This document shows, one piece after another, positions 13,038 to 24,203 of a stretch of DNA of 64,000 bases. Both the position numbers and the translations under genes were made by a program. Under the pieces are notes generated by a model. It searched no databases. It was not told the origin of the DNA and saw nothing but the letters and a program-made list of their open reading frames with translations. The first letter of the stretch is position 1, and every line of letters begins with the position of its first letter. Where the stretch lies: assembly GCA_963788655.1 (NCBI GenBank), contig CAWBHS010000087.1, positions 96,001-160,000 on the forward strand. The letters are read 5' to 3'. This DNA comes from an uncultured Verrucomicrobiae bacterium. Its GTDB lineage: Bacteria; Verrucomicrobiota; Verrucomicrobiia; Limisphaerales; JAFGQR01.

Positions 13038-14635
13038 ATGAACCTGATGAAAACTCGAATCGGTCTGCGGCGGCGCCTCGCTGTGTTTCTCAACATCGTG
13101 GCCGTAGCTCTCGTAGCAAGCATGTCTGTCGCTTACTCCGTTGCTCGCGGCCACGGCTCAGGACACGCCCCGGCGGCCCAATGTGATCGTCGTGTTCGAT
13201 GATCAGTTTCGTCCGGACTTGTGCGGGGCCTATGGCGGTGGTCAGAACATCACCACCCCGAACATCGATCGGCTGGCCCGTGAAGGAATCACCTTGGACA
13301 ACGCCGTCTCGACGTGCCCGCTCTGCACGCCGTTCCGGGCGATGTTGATGTCAGGGCGTTACGGCACCCACACCGCCTCGGTCCTGAACTTCACCCAGTT
13401 CAACCCGAACCAGCCCACCATCGCCAAGGCTTTTCAACAGGGCGGCTACCGCACCGGCTTCATTGGCAAATGGCACCTGGCGGCCGGTTATTTGAAAAAG
13501 GCCGGCAAGTTCAAACCCAATCAAACGGCGATCCGCGCCTATCGCGAGCAGCATCCCACTTGCGATTTTGTGCCGCCCGGCCCGGAGCGGTTGGGCTTTG
13601 AATTCTGGGCGGGGTACAATTTCCACGCCAATTTCCGCCAGGCACCGTATTACCGCGACCAACCGGAATTGCTCATCATGAACGGCTACGAAACCGACGC
13701 GGAATTCGACATGGCCATGGACTTCCTGCGGGCGCAATCCCGCGCGAAGGAGCCTTGCTTCCTGGTGGTGGCGCCGCATCCGCCGCATCCGCCATTCACG
13801 CCCGCGGCGTGTCCTCCCGGTTACCTGGAGAAAATCCCCACCCACCTCGTCTGAGTCGCCGAACGTGCCGATCAATCATCCCCGGCGCGCGCACCCCCTG
13901 CAAATGCGCTGTTACCTGGCGATGGCAAAAAACTTCGATGACAACCTGGGGCGCCTGCTCCGGTTCCTCGACGAGTCGCGCCTGGCGGGCAATACCATCC
14001 TGGTGTTCACATCCGACCACGGCGAAATGCACGGCAGCCACGGGCGAACCGACAAAATGGTGCCTTATGCCGAGGCGGTAAACATTCCGTTGATCATCCG
14101 TTGGCCGGGACACATCGCCGCCGGCACGCGCACCCCCACGCTCGCGACGCCGATGGATCACCTGCCTACGCTGTGCGCCCTCGCGGGCCTGCCCATTCCG
14201 AATGGCATCGATGGCCTGGACCTCAGCCGCGAGATTCTTGGTCAAGGCACGGTGTCACGCGACACCGTGTTGATGATGAACTACAGCTCGCACTGGGACT
14301 ACTTTCAGTCCGGAACCAGTTGGCCGGAGTGGCGCGGCGTTAAGACCCAACAATACACCTACGCCAAGTGGCTCACCGGCCAGGAGGAACTTTACGACAA
14401 CCTGGCTGATCGCTACCAAATGACCAATCTCGTTGCCTCGCCCGACCATCAAGACATCCTCCGTCGGCTTCAGTCCCAACTGCAAGAGCTGCTGGCCCAG
14501 GCGGATGACCGGTTCTTGCCAGGCACTGCCTACGCCGATTGGTTCGACGACGAGCGCAACGTGATCCGCACGGCCTTGGGACCAGTCACCCGAACCACGC
14601 CAAACCCGCCCAAGGCTTCGCTCGAATCAAAATAG
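13038..14635 (+). CDS. Cys-type sulfatase, frameshifts near 13140 and 13855
   Basis: RPNVIVVFDDQ, TPNIDRLAREG, CTPFR (CxPxR), GKWHL, PHPPHPP, FTSDHGEM, ELYDNLADRYQMTNL. Confidence 0.92.
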
Positions 14636-14788
14636 GATTACTGGCTTTTGTTGGGTTTGCTGGCGAGAGAAATGATCCGATGCCCGGAGGACTTTTGGCG
14701 GCGGCGCGCGTCGTCCAGAATCGTTCCCAGCCGCCTGGCACGCCAAGCGTGCTTGCCAATCATTGGCAATAGATATTTTCCATGGCGC

Positions 14789-15051
14789 ATGAAGATGGAT
14801 ACCATGAATATTTCACTCCCCGGACCGATGGCGGAGTTTGTGCCGGCAACCGTGGAACGTGACTACGGCAACGCCAGCGAATTCTTTCGCGACCTGGTGC
14901 GGGAAAAGATCCGCAAGGAAGTCGAGGCCGATGTGCGCTTTTTGAAGGCAGCCACCCGTGGTGCGCCGGCGGGACCGGAGGACGCGGACATCGAGAAATC
15001 CTTCGAATCCAAAAACAGGTGCGAAAGGAAATCCGTGCGCGTCGTCATTGA
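14789..15051 (+). CDS. Ribbon-helix-helix (ParD-like) antitoxin; one A apparently missing near 14997
   Basis: MDTMNISLPGPMAEFV..ERDYGNASEFFRDLVREK; restoring one base gives ...DIEKILRIQKQVRKEIRARRH*. Confidence 0.75.
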
Positions 15052-15148
15052 CGCCAATGTCGCTGCGGCGGGACTGCTCGTCCTGAGTAAACCGTTCGGT
15101 GTTGAGATTCTTCGGCCCGCAGCCTTTTTGAGGCGCATTACCGCTTGA
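15035..15148 (+). pseudogene. PIN-domain (VapC-like) toxin remnant with large internal deletion
   Basis: VRVVIDANVAAAGLL (PIN N-terminus) joined directly to VLSKPFGVEILRPAAFL (PIN C-terminus); 37 aa in total. Confidence 0.75.
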
Positions 15149-15169
15149 GGCGGTCGCGTTCGGTTTAGA

Positions 15170-15297
15170 GCCTGTTTGAAAAATGGTAGCAGCCGACGTA
15201 AGGAGGCTCATTCATTTCGGGCGTGGCACGGTTTTCCGAGGAAAAATGAGCCTCCTCACGTCGGCGGCTTCGGACCGGTTAGAGTTTTAAAACAGGC
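15170..15297. repeat. Family C nested inverted-repeat element
   Basis: GCCTGTTTGAAAAATGGTAGCAGCCGACGTAAGGAGGCTCATT...AATGAGCCTCCTCACGTCGGCGGC...AAAACAGGC. Confidence 0.9.
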
Positions 15298-15322
15298 TGC
15301 TAACGATTCTCCCTCTTACAGG

Positions 15323-15560
15323 TCAACTGGCCTCGGGTTCGAACAGATCCCAAACTTGATTCTCAATGGTGATGCCCACCAGTTTGTCGATGACGAACTG
15401 ACCTTCCCGCGAGCCATTGAGTCGAGCAGCCAGCATCAGCCCCATGTTGGCCCCGGCCCCGGTCGATTCGGGATCGCCCATGGCAACGGCAGCTAAACCA
15501 GCATGAGGTTCCACGTGAGAGTGCATAAGGCGCCTCGGGTAAGCTTCAAACAACGTTTGC
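15323..15560 (-). pseudogene. Probable gene fragment (helical C-terminal domain of unknown protein)
   Basis: MGLMLAARLNGSREGQFVIDKLVGITIENQV looks protein-like but has no convincing start. Confidence 0.3.
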
Positions 15561-15686
15561 CAGATCCAGGCCTGGTTACCTGCACTGAAACTGACCGGGG
15601 GGCCATCTGAATTTCTGCACAACAGTCGGTGAGTCAAATTGCCGCGGCTTGCTTTCAATCTGGTCGTGGCCTACCCTGGCCGCGTT

Positions 15687-15920
15687 GTGAAACTGCCGTT
15701 CATCAATGTTGAAGAAGACATCGGCAAGGTCGTCGGGCGACGTACGAAAGCGCCGGATGCCTTCGAAAGCGGCATGAAGTTGCAGACGCTGGCGGCGCAG
15801 TTGCACACCTCTTTCAAGCATCGCTGGGCGCCAAAGGGTGTTTACCGTTTTAAAACCCATGAGGAAGCGGACGAATGGATGAACCGAATGCTGGCGCGAA
15901 GCCAGATCCCAAGGAGCTAG
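15687..15920 (+). CDS. Small protein paired with a nucleotidyltransferase (putative TA partner)
   Basis: GTG start; INVEEDIGKVVGRR ... PKGVYRFKTHEEADEWM; overlaps the next gene. Confidence 0.65.
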   Translation: MKLPFINVEEDIGKVVGRRTKAPDAFESGMKLQTLAAQLHTSFKHRWAPKGVYRFKTHEEADEWMNRMLARSQIPRS

Positions 15921-16406
15921 AGCCGCGCCCGCCAGTCGAGGCCGACCTCGTGGCCCTTGGCCGCGAATTAAATCAGCGTGGTGCTCGCTACGTCGTGGTG
16001 GGCGGCTTCGCGGTCATTGCCGCCGGCTTGCCCCGGATGACCGGGGACATTGACCTGATGGTGGCCGCGGACCGCGAGAATGAAGCCAAGATCTTCTCCG
16101 CGCTTTCCACCCTCCCCGACAACGCCGTCCGGGAGCTGCAACCAGGGGAGCTGCCAGCAATACCACGTTATCCGCGTGGCGGATGAAATTCTGGTGGATT
16201 TGATGTGCTCGGCTGGAGGTATTGACTACGAGGAAGCGGCCAAAGACGTGGTCGTGCGCGAGATTCAAGGCGTGCCCATTCCTTTCGCGTCGCCGCGTTT
16301 GCTGTGGCGCATGAAGGCGGTCACCCATCGCGAGAAGGACGCGGCGGACCTGGTCTTCCTTCGCTACTGGTTTGCGGAACGCGGGGAAAAGCCGCCGTGC
16401 GTTTGA
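15875..16406 (+). CDS. Pol-beta-superfamily nucleotidyltransferase, frameshift near 16155
   Basis: YVVVGGFAVIAAGLPRMTGDIDL (GG...DxD), then VDLM, IPFASPRLLWRMK..REKDAADL. Confidence 0.82.
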
Positions 16407-16470
16407 TGAAGAAGGGAGAAATCTGGCTTTCCTGTCGTCCGGCTGGAGGTAAAGTTGCGGTTAACGGATT

Positions 16471-17433
16471 ATGAAAACCTATGCTGTCGCTTGGTGGAAC
16501 TTGGAGAATTATTTCGATGTCGAAAATTCTGCGAATCGAACGGACAAACTGCAGCGCACGTTGAAGGGCGAGCTCAAGGGCTGGACCGAGGCCATCCTGG
16601 AACGTAAGACCCAGCAACTCGCCCGCATCATCCGCCAATTGAACGGCGGCCGGGGGCCGGATCTGATGGGTGTGTGCGAAGTGGAAAACCCGGCGGTGGT
16701 GCAACGCCTGGTTGGGGCGCTGGCCGACTTGGGCCGCCCGTACCAGATTGCGCATCACGATACTTCCGACGAGCGGGGCATTGACGTGGCGTTCCTTTAT
16801 GATTCGAGCCTGTTCACGGCCGAGGAACAATTCTCCCACGTCATCGTCAAACGGTCGGCCACGCGCGAACTGTTCCAAGTCAACTTTCGCACCGCGGCCC
16901 AGCGGATGCTTGTGGTCGTGGGTAATCATTGGCCCTCCCGCTCGGCCGGCATTTATGAGAGCGAACCTTACCGCATCCTGGCCGGGGAAACGCTCAGCTA
17001 TTTCTGTGAGCGCATCGAAGAGGTGCTCGGCGACGACACCCCGATCCTGGCCCTGGGCGATTTCAACGACGAACCCTCCAACCGTTCGCTGACCGATTAC
17101 GCGCTAAGCGAGCGCAACCGCACCAAAGTGGTCTATGCCAATTCGCCCAAATTCCTGAACCTGATGTGGCCCCTCATGGCCCAGGGATTGGGCACGCATT
17201 ACTACAACAACGACCCGACCCTGCTGGATCAATTCCTCGTCTCGGGCGGTTTTTTGAAATCGAAGGCAAAAGTGAAAGTCGTGGAGGACTCGGCCTCTGT
17301 CGTGCAACTCCCGGAAATGACCTCCACCAAACGTTACCCGGCGCCCATTCGCTTCGGACGGCCCTCGTCGGGGCTCGACCTGAATGGCTTCAGCGATCAT
17401 TTCCCCATCGCTCTGATACTGCAGGAGAGCTAA
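16471..17433 (+). CDS. Endonuclease/exonuclease/phosphatase family protein
   Basis: WWNLENYFD, PDLMGVCEVEN, DERGIDVA, GNHWPSR, LGDFNDEP, LDQFLVS, GFSDHFPI. Confidence 0.92.
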   Translation: MKTYAVAWWNLENYFDVENSANRTDKLQRTLKGELKGWTEAILERKTQQLARIIRQLNGGRGPDLMGVCEVENPAVVQRLVGALADLGRPYQIAHHDTSDERGIDVAFLYDSSLFTAEEQFSHVIVKRSATRELFQVNFRTAAQRMLVVVGNHWPSRSAGIYESEPYRILAGETLSYFCERIEEVLGDDTPILALGDFNDEPSNRSLTDYALSERNRTKVVYANSPKFLNLMWPLMAQGLGTHYYNNDPTLLDQFLVSGGFLKSKAKVKVVEDSASVVQLPEMTSTKRYPAPIRFGRPSSGLDLNGFSDHFPIALILQES

Positions 17434-17436
17434 CCC

Positions 17437-20400
17437 ATGTATTCGGGCATGAAGCGATTTGCTTGGGCCGGCTTATGGAGCAATCCCCGGCGGCGAAAAT
17501 GGCTGCTCTGGAGCGGGGGCGCGTTCCTGCTTTATACCCTCGGGGGTTTCCTGCTCGTGCCGGCGCTCGTCAAATGGCAACTGCTCAAGCAACTTCCCCC
17601 GGCCACCCATCGCCTCGCCTCCGTGCGCGAGGTGAAGTGTAATCCGTTCGCACTGTCACTCACCGTGCGCGGGTTGGCGCTGACGGAGACAAATGGCGCG
17701 CCTTTCGCGGGCTTCGAGGAATTTTACGCGAACTTCCAACTCTCCTCGATTTTCCGGCTCGCTTGGACGTTTGACGCGCTTCGTTTGCAGGAGCCGCGCG
17801 CGGAAATCGTGCTGGCGAAGGATGGACAATTCAACTTCGCCAACCTGTTCGTCAACACCAACGCCCCGCCACCGTCTAAGACCGAGCAGCCAGCGGGGCT
17901 GCCGAGTTTGCTGATCTTTAACCTCGTCGTCACCAACGGCTACGTGGGCTTCGTGGACCTCACACGCCAGACGCCCTTTCATACAGCCTACGAGCCGATC
18001 AATCTTCACCTAACCCACTTCACGACGGAGCCGGATCGGCGCAGCCCGTATTCCTTCAAAGCCACGGGCGACAGTGGACGTTTGATCGCGTGGACCGGAA
18101 CCATCACCGCGCAGCCGTCCGCATCGAGCGGCACGCTGCAAATCGAGGGCATCGCATTGCCGAAGTTTGCTCCGTACCTAGCCGACTTCACGCGCGCCCA
18201 ACTCACGGCGGGGACGTTGGACGTGGAAGGCGACTACCACTTCGCGTCGGACACGAACGGCCTGGACTTGGCGGTGTCGAATCTTGCGGCCACGGTGACC
18301 GGCTTTGCGCTCAAGGATCCGGATTCCGGGGAGAAGATAGTGGCACTGTCCGCTTATGAACTGCGTGACGGCTCGTTCGACTGGCGGACGCGGCAAGTGC
18401 GGATTGGCTCGTTGGCGGTGAAGGATCCATCGGTGCTGGTGCGGCGGCGGGCCGACGGCACGATCAACCTGCCTTCGCTGGTTTTGCCACGGGCCACCCC
18501 GGCCAACGCCCCGGCCATCGCGCCAACGAATCCGCCCCCCGCAGATTCGCCCTGGGTTTTCACGTTGGACGATTACCGGCTCGAACGCGGCACGGTGCAG
18601 TTCGTGGACGCCATGGTGCCGGGGCCGTTCCGCACGACGCTCCAGCCGGTCAGCGTGCGCCTCGAGCATTTCACCACTGCGCCCAACACCGGCGCCGCGC
18701 TTCACGCTGACGTCACTACCGAAGCCGCCGAAACCATCAGCCTCGCGGCGGACTGCTCGATCAATCCCATCCAGGCCACGGGCCAGCTCAAGCTGGGGGC
18801 CATCGACTTGAAGAAATACCAGCCGTATCTCGCGCCGTTCTTCCGCGGGCAGGTCGTGGCGGGCAAGACGGATTGCACGGTGGAGTTCAGCGAAAGACAC
18901 CAAACAAATTCGGATGACATGACAGTTTCAAACGCCGTCGTGCGCGTGTCGGATTTGCAGATCAAGTCTCCCGATGGCGGCGAAACCGTGGTGAAGGTGC
19001 CCAGTTTCGCAGTGGAGAGCGTTACTGCCAGCCTGGCGGCAAAAGCGGTTCACGTTGGCGCGATCCAGTCCAGCGGCGCGACTATTCTCGCGCGCCGCGA
19101 CGCCAACGGGGCCATAAATCTTCTCGATTTGCTCGCCACCAATGCGCCTTCCGCGAACACGACGAACGCCTCTCCGCCTCCCGCTGCCGGCGCGCCTTGG
19201 CGCATTGTTTTGGACGAACTGGCGCTCCGCGATTATGCGCTGCATCTCGAAGACCGGCAGACGCCCAAGCCCGGCGTGCTCGACGTGGATCAGCTCGCAC
19301 TGAAGCTGAGCGGTGTCCATTACCCCAGCAATGCACCGGTGCAACTGGATTTCACCACGCGCGTGAATGCCGCCGGGAGCGTGACAGTGCGCAGTTTGGT
19401 CTGGCCATATTCGCCCGCGACGGACGCGGAGCTGGAGATTGCCGGTCTGGATCTGCGCGGGTTCCAACCGTGGATCGAGCCGATGGTCAAGCTCAGCATT
19501 AACCGCGGCGCGCTGAACACGAAGGGGCGGGTCCGGTTCGCTCCAGGAGATGGCCCTGGACCGACGCTGCACTTTACGGGCGACCTGGACGTGACGAATC
19601 TCCTGACTTCGGACCAGGTGCTCTTCAAGGAATTTGTGCGCTGGGACGAACTGACGGTCAACGGCATTGACCTCGGCTTGCAGCCCAACCAGGCGAAGGT
19701 GGCGCAGGTCCGATTTGCCGGGTTGAAGACCAGCGTCATCATCGGACCGGACAAGCGTCCAAACTTCCTGGCAATCCTGCCCGCCGCCACTGAGACGAAC
19801 ACGACGCCCGCCCCCGCGACGACGGCGGCGGAGCCGTTCCCGATACAACTGGGCGAATTGAAGTTCGAGAATGCGTCGATCCATTTTGGCGACCAATCGA
19901 TTCAGCCGCCGTGCTCGTTCGACTTGAAACAATTCGCGGGCACCATCCAGGGACTTTCCACGAAAAAGGATTCGCAAGCGGAAGTGGCGTTGGCCGGCAA
20001 AGTGGACGATTCGTCGCCGTTCGGGTTGCACGGCACGGTGCATCCGCTGGCGAACGAACTCGCGCTGGATTCAGTCTTCACGAACCGCAACTTGCAGCTC
20101 ACGCCCTTCGCTCCTTACATGGCGAAATACGTCGGCCATCCGTTGAACAAAGGGCGCCTCTCGCTTAATCTCGATTACTCGATCCACACCAACGCCCTCA
20201 AAGCCGAGAACCAGGTGCGCATCGACCAACTCATGCTCGGCCCGCGCAACGACAGTCCCGACGCGCCCAAGCTGCCCATCAAGCTCGCCGTGGCCTTGCT
20301 CAAGGACAACGACGGACGCATCGAACTCGATCTCCCACTCTCGAACCGGATCGATGATCCGAACTTCAACCTCTTGCCGATCATTGGCAAGGTCATCGGC

Positions 20401-21196
20401 AACGTCATCGTGAAAGCCGCGGCTTCGCCCTTCAAGCTGCTGGGTGCGCTGGTGGGCGGTGGCGAGGAAATGAGCTATGTGGATTTCGCTCCCGGTCAGG
20501 CGCAACTGATGGGAAGCGAAACCAACAAGCTCGACAAGCTGGTTCGCGCCCTCGAAAAACGGCCTGCCCTGAATCTCGAAATTGAAGGTTCCTTCAACCC
20601 GGCTGCCGACCGCGACGCGCTGGCCCGTGACCTCGTCCAGGAACAGATTAAGGCCGCGCGGTTGAAGGAGCTTTCCGCCATCGGACAAACCCCGCCCGCG
20701 GGCGAGAGTTTTCAGATCGGATCCCGCCGAAGCCGAACGCCTCCTGCGAGCGAGCGTGACCAAGAATTTCGGCACCAACCTCACCACCGCCATTCAAGCG
20801 CTGGCGGCCCGGGCAGCGAACACCAACAACATTGCCGCCCGCCCGGCAACCCGCAGTCCGGGACTGTTCAAACGAATCCTGAGTCTGTTCCGGTCACGGA
20901 AGAAACGCGCCGCCATTTCCCTGGCCCATCGCAACGCCAAGACGGACGAGCTGCTGCTCAAACAGAACCCCGAACTGGCCTCACTGACCATCGACGACAT
21001 GGAATTGCTGCTGGCCGCGAAAACTGAAGTGCCGCCGGATCGCCTGCAACAGTTGATGCAGGACCGCGCCAAGGCGGTGCAGGCTTACTTGCTCTCCGTG
21101 GGCAACGTTGCGGCGGACCGCCTCTTCCTCGTTGCTGCTCCCAAACCTGACGCCTCCTTCAAAGGCGATGCCCGAGTGAACCTTTCCATCAACTGA
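17437..21196 (+). CDS. DUF748 repeat (AsmA-like) envelope protein with OmpA-like C-terminal region; frameshift near 20725
   Basis: N-terminal TM LLYTLGGFLLVP, NPFALSLTVRG, repeated RRADGTINL/RRDANGAINL units, LPIKLAVALLKDNDGRIELDLP, RAKAVQAYL. Confidence 0.88.
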
Positions 21197-21383
21197 CGGC
21201 TTCCCGAAGGAAACGCTGCTGGTTGGGGGGTAAACTCAAACGGTTGCTACAATCTACAATGTCGGCGGCGGCTACGACGTGGCGGGATTTTAAAACAGGC
21301 TCTTACGCGCTGTCCTAATCGCTTCCCCTTGAAACTTGAGCCCGAGCAGAGTTGGACCCGGAATGCTAACTTAATTTCTGCGT

Positions 21384-21614
21384 TTGGTGGTCCAAACGTT
21401 GGGGTCCACCTCTGGCCATTGGTCAGCGAAATCCAACAAGACCTACCAAGTTGTCAAGAGCCTTGACCTTCTCGGGTGGACCAACGCCCTAGCCGGTGCC
21501 GGCGCTTGCCAGCAGAGCCGCCAAACGGTTTCCACGAACGGGGTGCTGAAGTACATCGACCCGGCTTCTTCATCCAACACAAAAGCATTCTACCGCCTCG
21601 ACCTAGCGGAATAG
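21384..21614 (+). pseudogene. Orphan fragment resembling the C-terminal domain of large exoproteins
   Basis: WSAKSNKTYQVVKSLDLLGWTN...YIDPASSSNTKAFYRL resembles the C-termini at 47308 and 53680; preceded by a half copy of family C repeat at about 21260-21302. Confidence 0.5.
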
Positions 21615-21790
21615 CAGCAATTTTGTACGCCTTGCAGACGGCACTTCCGCGACACAGCAGATTACCAATGTGCGCTACGCTTTCGGGCTACGCGCGCATA
21701 CAAATATCCGACCAATGGGTAGTTTAAGATTTCACTTCTTCGAGTTTCGGCCTTCGGATTTCTTTCGACCTTCGGCTTCGTTCCCACCCT

Positions 21791-23098
21791 TCATTTCAGT
21801 CCCGTGAGCGCCGGCAGCCACAAGGAAATGGCCGGTATGTAAGTCACCAGTAGCAAGGCGACAATCAGCGCTACGAAGAACGGGATCAACGCCGGGGTTA
21901 CTTTGGCCAGGGTTGTCTTGCCGACGCCGCAGCCAACAAATAAGCAGGTGCCGACCGGGGGCGTACACAAGCCGATGCAAAGATTGGCAATCATCATGAT
22001 GCCGAAATGCACCGGGTCCATTCCGAATTGCTTCACCACCGGCCAGAAGATGGGCGTGAAAATCAGCAGCGCCGGGGTCATGTCCATAAAGGTGCCCACC
22101 GCCAGCAGCAGCACATTGATCAACAGCAGCAGCACGATCTTGTTGTCCGAAATACCGAGCAGGAAGGCACTGACCTGTTGGGGAATTTCCTGGACCGTCA
22201 GAATCCACGACATCGCCATCGAGGTCGCGATCAGCAAGAAAACCACCGCCGTGGTGATGCCGGCTTGCAGGAGAATGTCGGGCAGATCCCGGATTTTGAC
22301 TTCGCGGTAAACGACCACCGACAGCACGAATGCGTACGCCACCGCCACCGCGGCGGCTTCCGTGGCGGTGAACACGCCATTCATGATGCCGCCCAGCACC
22401 ACCACGACCAGCATGAGGCTCCAAAACGCCCGGCGCAGCGCCTTCCCCACGCTCCGCCAGGACACGGCTTGGCCCGTACCGCGATGACGCCGGACGCACA
22501 ACAAGCCGGCGGCCAACATCAACAGCAAACCAAAAACCACGCCCGGCAGGATGCCCGCCACGAAGAGTGTGGCGATGGAAACCGCCCCGCCGGAAACCAG
22601 CGCATAGACAATCATGATGTTGCTGGGCGGAATGAGCAGACCCGTCGTGGCCGCCGTGGTGGTGATCGCCACGCTGAATTCCCGGTCATAGCCCTTGCGG
22701 TTCATTTCCGGGATCATGAAGCCGCCCACCGAACTGACCGCCGCCGTGGCCGAACCGCTGACCGCGCCAAAGAGCATGCACGTAAGCACGTTCACGTAGC
22801 TCAAACCGCCCGGCAACCGGCCCACCAGCGCGTTCGCCAGATCCATCAACCGGCGCGCAATCCCGCCCTGCCCCATCAGCGAGCCGGAAAGGATGAAAAA
22901 CGGAATGGCCAACAGGGAAAAGCTGTTGATCCCGGTGGCCATTCGTTGCGCAATGGTGGCCGCGGCTATTTCCCACGAGCCCATCGCCAGGATCGCCGTG
23001 AAAAACGTGGAAAGACAAATCGCCACCGCCACGGGCACATTGAACGCCAGCAGGACAACAAACGTCGCCACCAGAATGAGCACGGGCGCATCCATCAA
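21791..23098 (-). CDS. dctM: TRAP transporter large permease
   Basis: LLAIPFFILSGSLM, FGAVSGSATA, GLLIPPSNIMI, FTATEAAA, GMDPVHFGI, IGLCTPPVG. Confidence 0.95.
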   Translation of the reverse strand: MMDAPVLILVATFVVLLAFNVPVAVAICLSTFFTAILAMGSWEIAAATIAQRMATGINSFSLLAIPFFILSGSLMGQGGIARRLMDLANALVGRLPGGLSYVNVLTCMLFGAVSGSATAAVSSVGGFMIPEMNRKGYDREFSVAITTTAATTGLLIPPSNIMIVYALVSGGAVSIATLFVAGILPGVVFGLLLMLAAGLLCVRRHRGTGQAVSWRSVGKALRRAFWSLMLVVVVLGGIMNGVFTATEAAAVAVAYAFVLSVVVYREVKIRDLPDILLQAGITTAVVFLLIATSMAMSWILTVQEIPQQVSAFLLGISDNKIVLLLLINVLLLAVGTFMDMTPALLIFTPIFWPVVKQFGMDPVHFGIMMIANLCIGLCTPPVGTCLFVGCGVGKTTLAKVTPALIPFFVALIVALLLVTYIPAISLWLPALTGLK

Positions 23099-23604
23099 TC
23101 GTTCTCCTTTCTTCGCCCACGCAGAACCGCAATCCGCTCGGCGATCGTTTCGAGCGCGAACACGAGAATAAAGAATCCGCTGATCGGCAACGCCAGATAG
23201 ACATGCCCCATCTTCACACCCAGCGCCGGCGACACCTGATTGGTGAGCAGCGCCAGGGAAATCAGCTTGATGCCGCCCAGAATCAGAATGGCGCCCGCGA
23301 AGAAACCGATCAAGCCATAGACGCCGATCTCGATCCCCAACTGGCCGCGCCTTGGGAACTTCTCCACGAGCACGTCCACGCCCAAATGGCTCTTGCGAAT
23401 GAAGGCGATACTGCTGCCCAGCAAGGCCACCCAGATGATCAGCAGCGTGGCCAGTTCATCGGTCCACGAACTGGGACTGCGCAGCGCGTACCGCGTGAAT
23501 ACCTGCCAAAGTACGTCCAGTACCAGGCCGCCCATCAGCAATATGACGCCGATTTCCAGACCGCGAACCAGAATCTTTTTTAGATTGATGAGGAACGGTA
23601 ACAT
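23095..23604 (-). CDS. dctQ: TRAP transporter small permease
   Basis: QVFTRYALRSPSSWTDELA..IWVALLG, HLGVD, SPALG; four TM segments; overlaps dctM start. Confidence 0.92.
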   Translation of the reverse strand: MLPFLINLKKILVRGLEIGVILLMGGLVLDVLWQVFTRYALRSPSSWTDELATLLIIWVALLGSSIAFIRKSHLGVDVLVEKFPRRGQLGIEIGVYGLIGFFAGAILILGGIKLISLALLTNQVSPALGVKMGHVYLALPISGFFILVFALETIAERIAVLRGRRKEND

Positions 23605-23747
23605 GCGGAGATGCAGGGACAGAGTGATGCTTTAGAATGACCGGATGCCAGATGCCGGATGCTGGATTTGGGATTGAAATACATTGGTGGTTTTGGGAGA
23701 GATCGCCACCCAGTTGGCGTGAGCGGTTTGCAATTGAGCTCGGTAAG

Positions 23748-24012
23748 TCGCGAAGCGTTTGGAGTGCGTGGAGCTTGCTCCCGCTTTCGTCGGCTGTGCG
23801 ACGTGCAAAACTGCAGACCGCGCGTCCAACAATTCGGTCGGCTTTCCCATCCGAAAGCGCCGGCAAGCCGGACGCACTCCCAACGCTGGCGCGATGGTTG
23901 AACGGACTCCGAACTTCGCGAAGCGTCTTGAAGTGCGGCCGCCCTCTGCCGTTTTTGAACGCAGTGCCGCCCATCGAAAGCGACAAGACTGCCGCGCTCC
24001 AAAACCTGGCGG
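23748..24012. repeat. Two tandem REPIN-like elements, family D (GGAGTGCG...CGCACTCC)
   Basis: CGCGAAGCGTTTGGAGTGCG..CGCTTTCG / CGAAAGCG..CGCACTCCCAACGC, with a second degenerate unit at 23916-24012. Confidence 0.75.
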
Positions 24013-24125
24013 CTGGCCGAGTGGTTTCATTGACTCCGAGGGCAACCTCTGGCTTTGTCGGAGGACTCGGCGAGCTTGACAGTTCTGGGAAGATCGACCG
24101 CCGTCGACTGGTTGGCGCCGACGTT

Positions 24126-24162
24126 TCCCCTCACCCTGACCCTCTCCCCCAGGAGAGGGAAA
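24126..24162. repeat. Single family E REP hairpin
   Basis: CCCCTCACCCTGACCCTCTCCCCCAGGAGAGGGAA; same family as 46466-47225. Confidence 0.8.
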
Positions 24163-24203
24163 AGCTGCGGATCCTGCCATGTTCTTTGGATGCATCGTGG
24201 TCT

